DNA of 64,000 nucleotides from the human T2T-CHM13v2.0 reference genome, Homo sapiens: assembly GCF_009914755.1 (NCBI RefSeq), contig NC_060937.1; one strand, given 5' to 3'. Of this stretch, positions 1 to 14,738 are shown piece by piece. Each line of letters begins with the position of its first letter. Position 1 is the first letter of the stretch. A model generated the notes under the pieces. The model did no database searches. It saw only the letters and a program-made list of their open reading frames with translations, and was not told the origin of the DNA. A program made the position numbers and the translations under genes.

Positions 1-614
1 ATGACCTCTAAACATTTTGGACAAAGTAGACCTCTCTTGGGGTACTTATTTGGGCTTCTATTTTGTTGAAGGAATAAAGTCATGCTAATAGATATAGGAG
101 GAGGAAGCAAGATAAACACTCAGGTGCTGCTGTAAGATTAGTCACCTCCAAGATTTAGACTGGGTCCCAAATCCCTGAATAATAAATAAATCAGCATGAG
201 GAGAAGCCCACAGGTCTCAAACATGGAGAGGCTGGTTAATGGTAGTCATGAGCATTCCGAGGCCTGTGATAACAGAAAGGCAGTCCCACTTAATGCTCCA
301 AATGTTATGACTGTAGTTTCAAATTAACTGGCAAAGTGGCGCAACGTTACAGCTGTAATAGCGCAGAGGTCCTCCAATGACTTTCTAATAACAGCTGAAA
401 TCAGACCGATATTTGTGTGGTCTCTGCAGTTTACAAATCCTTGCACGTTGCACAGTGCTTGGACTGAAAAGTATTTGTTAAATAAATCTACACAAGATGC
501 TTTCCAGAACAGTCTTCTTTAATCTTCACAAAAATCATGTAAAACAGAGAGGGTAGGAGTAATTTCCACCCCACAGTGAAGGTGATTCAGTTCACAGATA
601 CATGGCTTCATTGT

Positions 615-870
615 CACTAACATTCGTTAGGCACTGACCATGTTGCTACACCCAGTTTCATGTGCTAGGAATGTATTAACATGCTTAATTCTCATAAGAT
701 TTCAATTTGGTGGGTATGAATAGTATCCCTATTTTACAGATAAGAAAACTGTGACACAGAAAAATTAAGTAACTAGGACATGAATATGAATGTAACTATA
801 ATCAGCTATAACAATTAGTAACCAGCACCAGGATTGAACCCAGGTAGTTAGCTTGAGTTCACACTTTGAA
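615..870 (-). mobile_element. MIR
   Basis: cctattttacagataagaaaactgtgacacagaaaaattaagtaact MIR core, reverse orientation. Confidence 0.7.
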
Positions 871-1873
871 CTACAGCATCTGCTTGGAGACTTGCCTGTG
901 TAATAGCACCTATGTGCTCTGGCCTTGGTCAAAAAGCTAGTCAATGGCCAGGCCAAAGCTGTGCCTGTGTTCTCTCCAGGCCACCTCCCTGCTTCTATGA
1001 GGGCAGTTATCATTTGCACAATGTCACTCAGGCCTCCCCACAAGTCCACTCAACTGAGCAGGGTGGGGACTTATAGGCACAACTAATTCTCCCTAGGAAC
1101 CCAGGTCAGGAAGGCTAGCCTCAGAAGCAGGACAGATAAGAAGCGCATAGTGCAGAGGCATCAACCACTTGGAAAATACTGGGTATAGTTGGGTATACCT
1201 AGGAAACAAGCTACTGAAGATCTATATGGCAGGTTCAACAAAGTCTCTATTATAGAACCAAAAGTCTACTTCAAAACCACAGAGTTAGAAACTGTTCTTG
1301 AAGGGGAGTTTACATTTTATCAATCTTGGCTTTTAATTAACCACATATTATCTTTCAGGGAAACCTCACAGTCAGGGTATGTACAAAAACCCTGTGTTTC
1401 CAGAAATGAACGGGTTTCCCAATGAAAGAAAGAAATGCACGGCCTGTCTCACGTCAGAGCATTCCTGATTACAAAGATCCCTCTGAAAAATGGCATAACC
1501 TAACACTATGTAAACACAGCCAATGTTTAGCAACTATTCAACTACATTTAAACATGTTTACAGGGAATGCAGGATGCTTCACTTGCCTCACAGCAAATGG
1601 ATTCCTAAAGCATTCTGCAAAGTGAACATTCATTTATTTTTCCACACACATATAAATTGGAATAAAAGATTGTATGCCCCCCCCTCCCCCCGCATATTTA
1701 GATTTTCTCTGGTAGGAGAAAAATATCAGTGAAGTTTCTTGTGGAAAATGAATCAACATGCATAGTGATTTTCTTCCCAGCATCCCTTCCATTTTCAAAG
1801 ATGGAAATGTAATCAGATCCTAAATGTGTTGTTAACAAGACATACTTACTGAGAAACTTGGTGTCAGACTTAC

Positions 1874-2020
1874 CTATTGGATTTCTATCAAAGAATAATA
1901 CCGGAGCTTTCAGAATTGACTCAAACATTTTGTTGTGCAAAGTTTGTGAAGAGTTAACAAGGACGTAGAATACCAATAGAGATCTTGCTATGCCAAAAAG
2001 AACGGTAGCTACAGTTAAAC
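1874..2020 (-). CDS. ABCC4: ABCC4 exon 19 (147 nt), [16 protein letters not shown]...LFFDRNPIG
   Basis: tttcag|GT acceptor, G|gtaagt donor; FFDxNPxG motif. Confidence 0.97.
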
Positions 2021-3806
2021 CTGAAATAAAGAAATATCACTTAGAGAACACAGCATATCTCTGCATTTTCTTCAATAGTTGCTAAAGCAAGCCAGGTAGT
2101 TTATAAAGATGTTACTTAATTTATTCCATAAAGCATCTGGATTCTACATAAGTATAATGTATTTACAAAATACATTGACAAAGAAGGATTAAAATAGTTT
2201 ATTTTTCTCTCACTGAATGGAAACTGCACAGAAAAGAAAAATCAGGTGTATAATACAATTTCATTCTAGGCTCTAATTCAATTGCAAGTTCTATTAAAAA
2301 CTCAGAAGTAGGATAGATAATCATGAAGTGTAGTTGATCTTCTCCATATTCCAAATCTTATTACTTACATTATGTCCCATAATCTAAAAAAGGTGGTATG
2401 TTTTGATACCAACATGTGATATTAACAAGGAATAGGAGAAATGATTTACCTTTTCCTTGTAGAAAATGCCCAAGTAGCTTTAAAGAATTTAAAAATACCG
2501 TATTAAGTTGCATGTGGAAAACCTCTTGAATAATTGAATTGCAAGAAAACACAAATTATATTTTAACATAAGATAATTAATCTAAATAAGCAACTAATCC
2601 CCCACTGTTTTACATAGACACAAGACATTTTTAAATGAATAAAATAAATCATACATTTTATTAAGACATGAATGAGGATCCATTATTCACATAGAAATTA
2701 AAAGAGCTTTCCTAACATCTCTTCATTCACAATGCTAAATACAGTGGGGGTAACTTCTATAACAAATATTTCCCTTTCAGATGACATGTCACTGTTATTT
2801 AACCTCTGAAAGCAGCTCAAATTCCTAACTCCATCAACGGGCATTATCCTTAGCCTGCCATCCTACACGAACATAATAGAACATAATAGATTTCCTTCTT
2901 CCTTTAGTTTCCACATAGTCCATCAGTTGGAAGGTAAACACCTAACAGATTTAGATTTCTTAGCAAGCGATCGATGAAATAAACACCAAATTTCACTGAG
3001 TAGGTTCTTACAAAGATAACTCACTCTATCTCTGAGGAAAGCTTGTAGGAGCATTTCCTGTGGAAATATTTAAAATTTTAGATGAAGATTTTCTTTAAAC
3101 AGTATGTAATGCTACATACATTCTAAGCACTCTTGTGAAAACAGAGTGTGGCGTTAATATTAGTCTGGCAAGCCAAATGTTAAATTAATCACACAGTTGG
3201 GGACGCGATAACATTGTGATCTCAAGGTAAGAAATAGAAGGCATCCTAATTCCCAGACACTGGATTTTTCCCTGCTCAGCTTCCCTCTTAAGTAATTAGT
3301 GAAGCCCAGGAGATGAGCAGTGCTGAAGGGAGCTTTGCATACCTGGGAGGGAATAATGCTTTTATTTTGGGGGCCTTGCTGCCAGAGGATTTCATCCAAG
3401 TTCAATAAAAGCCAGGGTTTATTTAGACAGAATTGGAACCATCCGAACCACAGGGTGGAGATCCGTTTCTAATCCCCCTGCCCATCCGTATAATGATATA
3501 AGATTTAGCTAAAGCAACCTATTAGAATAGACAATAGCCACATATTTCCAGTGGCTGATTTTCTGAATGCTCAATCCTGGTTTAACTTTCAAAATCCAGT
3601 ACAGAGCAAATTAAGAGTCTTCAGTCAACCTCTCTTCTAGTAGATTTTTAAAATAATTATTCTAATTAATTCACAGAGTAAATTCGACTGAGACTCCTGA
3701 TCTGTTAAGACATTACTGAATGACTCCTGGAAGCCCTAGTTACTCACACAGGCTCATTGTAAGCACCTCAGCCTCTCATACAATACACCAAATGATTAAA
3801 CTTTAC

Positions 3807-3901
3807 CTGAATAAATTCCTAAGTACCAGTTAAGATCTAGCTTCTCGGTTACATTTCCTCCTCCATTTACAGTGACATTTAGCATACTTTGTTTGTTTGC
3901 C
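3807..3901 (-). CDS. ABCC4: ABCC4 exon 18 (95 nt), [31 protein letters not shown]
   Basis: ccatag|G acceptor, G|gtaaag donor; extracellular loop with two NVT sequons. Confidence 0.97.
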
Positions 3902-4294
3902 CTATGGAACATGGGGAGAAAAAAATATTAAGCTATATATGAAATTTAGATAAATACATTTTTTTAAAAATGAACCACAATTTGGGAGAAACGCTTCATG
4001 CTGGAAAATGATTCTCAGCTCACTTAGTCTTGTGTATATCTACCTTATAAAAATTCAATTTAAATCACAACTTTCAGTTCCCGAAACTGTCTGTGAACAT
4101 GATGCCGCGGATCAGACATGGGTGGAGACCACCGCAGTTTACACTCCACCAGCAAGCACTCTAATTTTTCTTCGGGTAAACGAAGTGAGGATTAGAAGAG
4201 AAGGATCAACAAACACCTCCCTCTAACTCTATGGAAAAGCGAGTCTTCTTACTGATTTTGGAGTATTTCATACATCAGACCAGAAATAACTTAC

Positions 4295-4332
4295 CAGTAT
4301 GAAAGCCACCAATCTTGAAGCACATAGGCAAC
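4295..4332 (-). CDS. ABCC4: ABCC4 exon 17 (38 nt), VAYVLQDWWLSYW
   Basis: tcctag|GTT acceptor, TG|gtaagt donor; ABCC-family WWLSYW motif. Confidence 0.96.
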
Positions 4333-4434
4333 CTAGGAGGGGAGAAACAACAAAGACAAAAATCAAACTTGGGCATGACTTACCAACTCAAAACTCTCAA
4401 TCGCTAACATGGACAACCGAAAGAAAGCCCTCAA

Positions 4435-4832
<398 letters not shown>

Positions 4833-5062
4833 TCAAGGGTTCAAGAAAATGCATATTCCATTTTAAAATCATTGAAAGATACCCTTTTTTCGCAGGTCTT
4901 TGTAACGGACATGGAACACCAGTAGGCAGCCCTCACTTTGTTCCCCAAAGACAGCACATTTCAATTCAGACCCCAAGTGAACTGCAAGATGCAGTCATAA
5001 TAGCATAAACATAGGTACTGTAAATATCATTTTGAGGGCGCAAAACAAATGTCATTATTTAC

Positions 5063-5203
5063 CTGAGCTGCAGTGTTTAGGAGAATAAGGAAAATGAAGA
5101 CAATCCAGTGAGCACCAGCTCTGAAGTAATTCTTATAGGCCTGAAAACCAACTTTTCCTTCAGAACGGTTCTCCTCTGATAGTGTAACTGGGACATTCTC
5201 TGT
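5063..5203 (-). CDS. ABCC4: ABCC4 exon 16 (141 nt, phase 0-0), TENVPVTLSEE...LNTAAQ
   Basis: ctgcag|ACA acceptor, CAG|gtaaat donor; within ORF 5027..5320. Confidence 0.97.
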
Positions 5204-5369
5204 CTGCAGAGGAAAAAAGGTGGTAAGAGACAAAACAGTATACAAAACTGTTCCCAAAGATGACAATGCACTCTGTTGACAAAGCTGTGGGGAAACAGGC
5301 AGAAGTCCAAAATGATCCATCTCCTGTGGAGAAGGGTGTGGAAATAGCTAGCCAAACTATACATCCACT

Positions 5370-5681
5370 TATTTTTTATTTATTTAATTTTTTTTTGACT
5401 CAGAATTTTGCTCATGTTTCCCAGGCTGGAGTGTAGTGGCGCGATCTTGGCTCACTGCAACCTCTGCCTCCTAGGTTCAAGCAATTATCCTGCCTCAGCC
5501 TCCTGAGTAGCAGGGATTACAGATGCCTGCTACCACGCCTGGCTAATTTTTTGTATTTTTTAGTGAAGACAGGTTTTCACCATGTTGGCCAGGCTGATCT
5601 GGAACTCCTGACCTCAGGTGATCCTCTCACCTCGGACTTCCAAAGCGCTGGGATTGCAGGCATGAGCCACCACACCCAGCT
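5370..5681 (-). mobile_element. AluS
   Basis: Full reverse Alu. Confidence 0.95.
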
Positions 5682-6842
5682 ATATGCACTAATCCTTGGA
5701 CCCAGCCATCCCACTTTCAAGGTTCTACTAGAGATAAGGAAATATCATTTGGACATTGTGGCGTGGCTTGCTGGAAGGATGCCATCAGGATGTTCAGCAC
5801 TTACCTAGCACACCCAAATTCAAGTGTCAATACAGAAACTTGTTCCAAAATCATATACAAAAAGATATGGAACTCTCAACTGCATCACTCAAGATGGAAA
5901 CATAAAAGAGCAGGGGGTCAAAACATGAGCTCAACACAGTAACTGGGGTCAAGCAGTGAGTCTCAGTAACCAGAGTTTGGAAAGGAAGGGATAGCATATG
6001 ATCCTAATCTATTTGGTTCCTGAGTTTCAGAAATTGACTCCTGATAATTTGGCATGTGAGGGCCTAATCTGAATATCTGCAAGAATCCTTCAGTCTCCTG
6101 GATTTGGATAGTCAGGGTTTGTGTGGCAAGGAATATCTATGCTTTTAAGTGAGCTCTGGTACATTTCTGCCCGGAGGACTTAGAAGGCATGAGATTCACA
6201 TACTCTGAAGATGTATTGAGCAGCTCTATGCTGGCCACTGGGAACACCAAGGTGAGTAAGATGCAGCTCCTATTCTTGAAAGGTAAAGAAGGAAGTTGGG
6301 CTGCTGTGTGTCAGGAACTGTTGGGTCTTTGCACATGCTACTTCTGGCCTAACTAACATAAACCATCTGACAACAGGGCAAAATACCTCCATCAGCCACC
6401 TGCAGCATCAGAACATTCCAACATACAGGAAAAGTGGCTAATTTCATGTGGCCCACAGCAGGACTTTCTCTAAGGGGGTCTTCAAATTATGCCTCCAGAT
6501 GCAAAGAGAAGTCGGGGGCCACCAGACTAAGTAGGATTTCACTACAGTAAATTCAAGAATTGTAGTATTAGTGTGAGTCACACACAGCTTAGGACTTGCA
6601 CCAGCATACACACCCGCTACTCACCTCCTTGACATTCCCCAGCCTACATACAAAGGATAACTCCAACCAGGGTGGTTTGCCTTGGTTCCGTTTTAATCTA
6701 CCAATATCATGGAATAGAGCCCTGAAACCACAGAATCCACTTTGGGACAAAAGATGAAGCTTTGAACAGAGTAGACCAAAGATCCATAAGGCCATTAACA
6801 GTGAACAAAACCAGGCCATGTTGTAACAGGAGGTGAACTCAC

Positions 6843-7052
6843 ATCTTGGCTCTCCAGAGCACCATCTTTCAAGGAGGGTCTAGAAGATTGTTGAGACCAA
6901 ACCGAAGACTCTGAGAAGGTACGATTCCTTAGTGTGGGAGTTCCTGGAACTGGAGGTTGTTCACTTTCCTCATTATCCTTCTTTAAAAGGGAGCCAAAAT
7001 CTATACCAGATTTTAGGAACTCAGTGTAAGTCCCCTTCTGCACCATTTTACC
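6843..7052 (-). CDS. ABCC4: ABCC4 exon 15 (210 nt), [12 protein letters not shown]...GALESQD (NBD1 end and linker)
   Basis: ttttag|GGT acceptor, GAT|gtgagt donor; overlaps ORF 6795..7046. Confidence 0.97.
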
Positions 7053-7576
7053 CTAAAATAAAAATAAAGAATTTCAGAGAGATACATGTGCAGGTGATAA
7101 TGTTAACCTAATCTAATTCTAATCCAGAAAAAGTAACTGATCTTAAGTTATGATTATACTTAGGTCCGGAATCCTAGTTGACAAATCTAATACAATTCAA
7201 CTTGATACACAACTGAGTGTTCTGTTCTCAGCCAGACTCTGTGTTAGGTCCTGAAGAATATTTTTAAAATGGTAATAGTGTGTTACAAATGGCGATTATT
7301 ATCACACAGATGTTGGTGACCGTATTGGTAGTCTTATTACAGAACATGAAAACTGTGATAAACCTTATGCAATAAGAATTGAAGGAATGAGTAAATTGAG
7401 GAGGATATTCCAGGAAAGAAACCTAACACTGATAGGGAGGTAGGAACAGGCATATCTGCACAGGTAGGAAGCACTCCACAAGCCTCCACTGGCCATGGGC
7501 CCTGCTGGAAAAAGGCGTGTGGGAACCAGACTTGGACATAGACCCCATGAACTGCACCTTCACGGTCTTTACTCTA

Positions 7577-7908
<332 letters not shown>

Positions 7909-8559
7909 GCCCCAAAGACTCAGGGAGTTCCTAACTGAAAATTCGACATTCCATGGGACACAACCTTGCACAGTTTTCTCTCCTTACAAAGTCATAGAAA
8001 ATAATGTACAAATATCTTTACTATTTGTGTACCCCATGAAATGAGACCCAACTGATTTCCTCAAACAGCAGCAAACAAAATATTAGGCAAACTCCCAGAA
8101 TACAAAACAAATCAAAGGAGAGCAGCTCCTGGCTAAGGCAAGTCAGGTGGGGGAAGGTGGCCAGGACCCTCCCTGCTACCCCAATCCTCCCCACCCCCAA
8201 AAGGTGGGTCCACTGAGGAAAATCCAACGACACCTTGGGCCCTTTGGACCAGTTTGATAACTGGAGAATTCAAAAATGCTTCATGATACATTGTGTCTTC
8301 TTCCACACAGGAGGTAAAAGTGACACACCTAGTTTGATAAAATGACCACTTTTCACATAGTATCTGTAAGACACACAAGGAAACTCCTACTGGTACTGAG
8401 ATGGCAATTTTCCTCAGAAGCCGAGTACTGAGGAGCAATGCAGAGTGGGTTCCGAGGGGGAACCGTGCTCTGTCTGCTGTTAGGGAAGGGGCTGGGTCGA
8501 CAGCAAGAAGCAAGAATGGACACACATTCATCCTGGGTGCCCACCAGTGGAAAAATGGT

Positions 8560-8836
<277 letters not shown>

Positions 8837-9501
8837 ATGAGCCACCGCGCCTCGCCAAATGGTTGTTTTGGAGAAAGATTATTCTACCACCCACAGACTT
8901 TACTCTAATGTACCAGCATTCAGGTTTTGCCACACTAGTCTCAGCCCTCTGCATAAGAAATTACTTGTTTTCAAGTTTGAGGAACCCAGGCTCCCTATTC
9001 CTGGGGGAGTGGGGAAGAGCCAGCACACGGAACCACTTCTGAAGAGGCAGCAGTTCTGCCTTCGATAATCCTCTTAAGGGTGAGAATTCACTTGCCGGGA
9101 CTTCAGTGGACAGATTCCTCACTGTTCTTTAGGCAGCAAGGAGGGGCTTACACACAAGACTTGCAAGAGCTTTGCTATCATTATATACCCCGTTTGTTGC
9201 AATAATGTGAAATTTATCTCCCTTGGAGAACGGTGCACACAGATCTTATAAAATATAATTAACACTCGTTTTTGTTATTTCCGTCGTTTTATTAAGAAAT
9301 TGCAGGAGGAGAAACATTAAAACATTTGAAGACACTAAGCGGGTTTCAGACCCACAATCAGGAATTTGACCAGGGCCTGGAACAGAGAAGGGTTAAGGAC
9401 CAGGGTACTGAGGCAAGAGGCAACAAGCCAAGGAGTGCTGCATGAAACCACCGCTGGGCTGAGAAGTTCTCACTAACCTCCATGTCCCCGGCCACGCTAG
9501 C

Positions 9502-9958
9502 TCTTATAGGTTGAATGGTGACCATGACCCCCTAAAAAGATATGTTCGAGTCCTAAATCCTGTTACCTGTGAATGTGGCCTTTTTTTTCAAAACTGGATT
9601 TTTGCAGATACAATCAAGACAAGATGAGGTCATACTGGAGTAGGGTGGGCCCTAGGTCCAGTGACTGATGTCCTTATAGGAAGAAAGCCAGAGAGACACA
9701 GCGACAATGCCATGTGACAACAGAGGCAGAGACTGAAGGGCTGCACTGCCAGCCAAGGATCAACAGTGAGTGCCAGCAAAACCCCAGAAAGTGGGAGAGG
9801 CGAGGAAGGATTCTCCCCTGAAGCCTTCAGAGAGCGCGGCCCTGCGGACACCTTGATTTTGGACTTGCAGCCTCAGAACAGTGAGACAATACATTTCTGT
9901 TGTTGTAAGCTGCCTAATGTGTGGCACTTTGTTCTGGCAGCCCTAGGAAACTGACACA
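9502..9958 (+). mobile_element. MaLR solo LTR (MLT1C-like)
   Basis: gatgaggtcatactggagtagggtgggccct ... ttgttctggcagccctaggaaactgacaca MLT1 hallmarks. Confidence 0.8.
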
Positions 9959-10039
9959 CTAGACCAACCCCTTATTTCTGTCTTGTGAACCACTAAGACT
10001 TCAAATTACTTCTGCTGTAGCTCCTCCAGCCAACAACAA

Positions 10040-10455
10040 AGAGGATCTCTTAAAATCACAGATCAAACCATGTCACTCCACTGCTCTGGACTGTCCAGTA
10101 GCCTCTGTCCTAGTTCCAGGGCCTCTGACAACTGCTCTGAGCCCACCTTTCTCCAGGCTCTCCCTGGCTTGCTCTGCTCCTCCCTGATGTTCCTGTAAAT
10201 GCACCAGGTAACTTCCAGCTTTAGGACCCCACTGCCAGTCCCCTGCCTCAGATGCCCTCCCCAGGTGACCGCATGGTCAGCACCTTCACGTCACTGTACC
10301 TCAAGTCCCAGCGAGGCAACCCCACCCCTCCATTTCCTTCCTTGCATCTATCTCCAGGAAGAATGTCAGCCCGACGATGGCAAGGACTTTGTCTTACTTA
10401 TAGCTATACCAGCTCTCACACATATCAGGCACTCAAAAATTCCTGTGCAGTGACA
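10040..10455 (+). mobile_element. L2 3' fragment
   Basis: cagatcaaaccatgtcactcc ... acatatcaggcactcaaaaatt. Confidence 0.6.
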
Positions 10456-10527
10456 CTAACTGCTGGCTATTCCAGGAAAGTGGGTGCTGTGACTAGGGGT
10501 TGCTCAGTTATCCAACTGTGTTGCTGC

Positions 10528-10870
<343 letters not shown>

Positions 10871-11216
10871 TAGCCAAACTATGCATGACAATTAAAGGGA
10901 TACAAACAGGTCTTAGAGTCTGTAATTTCCAAATAATACAATTTGAATTAAGTCATGGAAGAGGTAAACAAAAAGTTCTAAATTAAAACAGCATCATTTT
11001 CTTTAACAATGTAGTAACCTTGAGGTAGCAATTTTACATACTTTACGGTAATATGGTTTAGCATGTAATAATGACATTTCTACAAGTCTTTTGAGTTAAT
11101 ACTTAAAAACATGAATCCCAGCTCTGAGAAGAAAGGAACATGAAATGGAGGAAGAAGAAGGGGATTCAACACACCCAAGTACTTGCAAGTTCGGGAGACC
11201 TCTAGAAACTACTTAC

Positions 11217-11313
11217 ATCTTTCAATATCAGAATCTGACTTGCAGCTTTGAGGTACTGCAACTGATGAGTCACTAAAATTGTGATCTTCTCATGCAAAAT
11301 TTGACAAATACAC
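11217..11313 (-). CDS. ABCC4: ABCC4 exon 14 (97 nt), [32 protein letters not shown] (H-loop)
   Basis: ttatag|G acceptor, GAT|gtaagt donor. Confidence 0.97.
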
Positions 11314-12077
11314 CTATAAATGTAAAAGGCACAGGGTGAAAAAATGCATGAATGGGGTGCTCCACATTGAAAAACATACATTTTGAAACCGTAGTCAAAG
11401 ACAACACAGTAGTCAAAGATCTAGAGGTTAAATACAAACTAAATACAAATATAAGCCAATAAAGCCGGCTAGGTCCTCAAAACCACTAGCAGCAAATACG
11501 AGCCTTGCTGTGGTGAAATCCTCAAAAGTTTTCTGGGAAGGAGGCAATAAGTGTAATTTTTTTTCCTAAAACTTAGTTTAACATAGACATTCAAAAATTT
11601 GACTTAACTAAAACACTAATTATTTTATTGCCGTGTAGGATTGCAGGGGAGAAAGAAAGATCGAGGTCACGTAACGACGCGGCATTTTTCTTGGACGGTT
11701 TCTTAGATGATAATTTATAATGCACATATCAACGCCCCCCCTCCACCCCCCGCAAAAAGGCTTAGATTCTTGGTAACCTTTGCCAGAGTGCATTTTCCAG
11801 ACTCTTCTTCAAAAATAATACTAGATACGAAAACAAATGCTAGTGACATGTGACTCTCCACAGTATTCTTGGTCTCATCCAGGAAGCAAAACTTCTCTCA
11901 TTAGTCCTAAACAGTCTGAATAAGAAAATGGAAAAACAGAATCCAAACAGTCCAAACCATATGGCTCAAAGATAAGACCCACCTCAGTATTCAACCATCA
12001 AGTTTTCTGACGTTTGTTTGTTTTCTACGGTACCCACTCAAAGTTCTCCTACATTGTAAACGTAGACTCCTGGGAGC

Positions 12078-12287
12078 TACAAAAAAAAAAAAATTAGCCG
12101 GGTGTGGTGGCACACACCTGTAGTCCCAGCTAGAAGGGAGGCTAAGGTGGGAGAATCACTTGAGCCCAGGAGGTGAGGCTACAGTGAGCCGTCATCACAC
12201 CACTGCACTCCAGCCTGGTTGACAGAGTAAGACCCTGTCTCAAAAAGAAAAAAAGGAGAAAAAAAAAAAAGAAAAAGAAAAGAAAAG
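12078..12287 (+). mobile_element. AluJ right arm
   Basis: Linker, right monomer and A tail only. Confidence 0.85.
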
Positions 12288-12985
12288 CATTAATCTGTAA
12301 CAAGGGCCAAGAACATAACTCATGCTCAATAAGTGTTAGCCCTGTCCTCCAGTCTTCCTCATATGCAGCCACTGCTTTTAGAAATTCAGGACTGAGAAGT
12401 CATAAGCAAGTATTTTAGAGACAGTGCCTGTGATCAGAACCACAACTCCAGACTGCAGATATGTAAACTATCACTTCATCCTTTACGTCCAAAAGGATTA
12501 TTTTTTCCCCTTTCACATATCTTAGTTTGGCTTATTTCAAAACTAAGTTGTTCAATCTAGTATACCTCTTCAGGTTTAGTACTTATACCCCTCTTCAGGT
12601 TTAGTACTAAAGCTTTTAATGAAACTGTTTCCCTTTATATCAAGATTGGCTGCCATTAGTCCTTTTATATACATATCTAAAGGGAGATGTTAATGATCAA
12701 ATCTGATGGGTGCTATGTCCAGTATCAGCCAACTCAAAGGTTTCAAAATGTTTTCTTCCTAACATCTTCCATTGTAGATGAGATAATAGAAATAATTACA
12801 CTAACATTGTAATTGATGGCTTGAAATTTTTTCTAAATTATGCTTCTTAGGCAAATCTCAAAAAATACTTTCCAAATTATTAAGAGTAAAAATCTTCCAG
12901 TCATGCCATAAAACAAACAAATAATAAGTGATTGATGTAGCAATGAGCTATTTAACTCTAATCCTACATAAAGACTACATTAAGA

Positions 12986-13610
12986 GGCCAGCCACGGGGG
13001 CTCACGCCTATAATTCCAGCACTTTGGAAGGCTGAGGCAGACAGATCACTTGAGGTCGGGAGTTCAAGCAACACGGTGAAATCCCATCTCCACTAAAAAT
13101 ACAAAAATTAGCTGGATGTGGTCACCCATGCCTGTAATCCCAGCTACTCGGCTGGCTGAGGCACAAGAATTGCTGGAACCCAGGAGGCCTGCAGTGATCC
13201 AAGATCATGCCACTGCACTCCAGCCTGGGCAACAGAGCGAGACTCTGCCTCAAAAAGGAAAAAAAAAAAAAAAAAGACAACATTAAGAGCTGACACATAC
13301 AATGTTGGAGGTGACACAAGTGAGAAAGATATAGTCAGTTGGTGCAGTGGCTCACACCTATAATCCCAGCACTTTGGGAGGTTAAGGCAGGAGGATCTTT
13401 TGAACCCAGGAGTTAAAGGCCAGTCTGGGCAACATGGAGAGATCCCATCTCTACAAAAAAACACGAAACTTAGCCAGGAGTGGTGGTGTGCACTTGTAGT
13501 CCCAGCTACTCGGGAGGATCACTTGAGCCCAGGAGGTAGAAGTTGCAGTGGGCCGTGATCATGCCATTGCACTTCAGCCTGGGTGACAGGGCAAAACTCT
13601 GTCAAAAAAG
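12986..13610 (+). mobile_element. Two tandem Alus (~12986-13275 and ~13336-13610)
   Basis: Two dimeric Alus in the same orientation. Confidence 0.9.
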
Positions 13611-13659
13611 GAAGGAAGGGATGGAGGGAGGGAGAGAGGGACAGATACAGTCACTACCT

Positions 13660-14400
13660 TCATTCATTCAGTTAAGATACATTTGCTGAGCACTGACGAA
13701 GTACCAGGGACTACTCTAAGTGATGAGGATACATCCACTGGTCAAGCAAACAGACAACACCCTGAGTCGTGTAGGGACACTCACTACACAAACACAGAAA
13801 ACACACTATTGGATAGTAAAGTAAACCATGAAGAGACAGCCAGGCAAAGGTTGTACTTTAGAGGGAGTGGCCAGGAAAGTCCTCTCTGCAAGGAGGTGAT
13901 GTATGAGCCATGAGACTATCTGGGGGAAGCATTCCTGGCAGATACAGCAGGTGCAATGGTCCCGGGGCACAAATGCGCTGTGCAAAGGCACCTTCATGCA
14001 TTCGCAGTCTAGTGCGGGGGCTGGAGGGAAGAACACATAGGTGGATCAAGAGCAGCTCATTGAGGGCTGTGGGAAGACAGAGAAAGCGCCATGCCCTCCG
14101 AGGAGCAGAAGAGAAAGGCAGGAGGTAGGATCTGTGTCTTTCATTTTTCTCTTTTGCCCAGGCAAACTATCCCTGGTTGTCCAACGGCAGGAAAAATACC
14201 CTTACAGACAGGCAGACGTGAGAAATTCACACCTCCTTCCAGGCACCCCAAAGAAGTGTGCATGGCTGGAGGACTGGTCTTGCATGGCAAGGGTTGGAAA
14301 GGTGAATGGGGCAGACTGCAAAGGGCAATTTGCCATTCGAGGACTTAGAACTGTAGCTTAAAAGTAGGGGAGTCCTAGAGGACCTGAAAGAGGGAAGGTG
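13660..14400 (-). mobile_element. L2 relic
   Basis: cattcattcagttaagatacatttgctgagcact L2 3' terminus, reverse orientation. Confidence 0.6.
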
Positions 14401-14406
14401 AACTAG

Positions 14407-14738
14407 TGCTGTGCCTGAATGTTTGTGGCCCTCCCCAAATTCCTACTGAACCCTAATCACCAATGTAATGGTATTAGGAGGTGAGGCCTATTTCATGAGA
14501 ATCTGCCAACACAAATGGTATTAGTAGAAGGGGCCAGCCCAGGGAAGCTGCCGTACCCCTTCCACAGTGACAAGACAGCTGTCTATGAACCAGAGCATGA
14601 GCCCTCTCCAGGCACCAAAACTGCTGGCGCCTTGATCTTGAATCTTGTCCTCCAGAACTGTAGAAACAATTTTCTATTGTTTATATGGAGTACCTAGTTT
14701 ATGCTATTTTGAATCAGCAGCCTGAATGGACTAAGACA
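14407..14738 (+). mobile_element. MaLR solo LTR (MLT1A-like)
   Basis: tgctgtgcctgaatgtttgtg...gcctgaatggactaagaca; 5-bp TSD actag/aatag. Confidence 0.8.

Noticed and set aside
11264-11272. AP-1 site TGAGTCA in exon 14, and scattered ARE/NRF2 half-sites elsewhere
   Set aside because: Short motifs expected by chance in 64 kb; this one is also constrained by the VTHQ codons.
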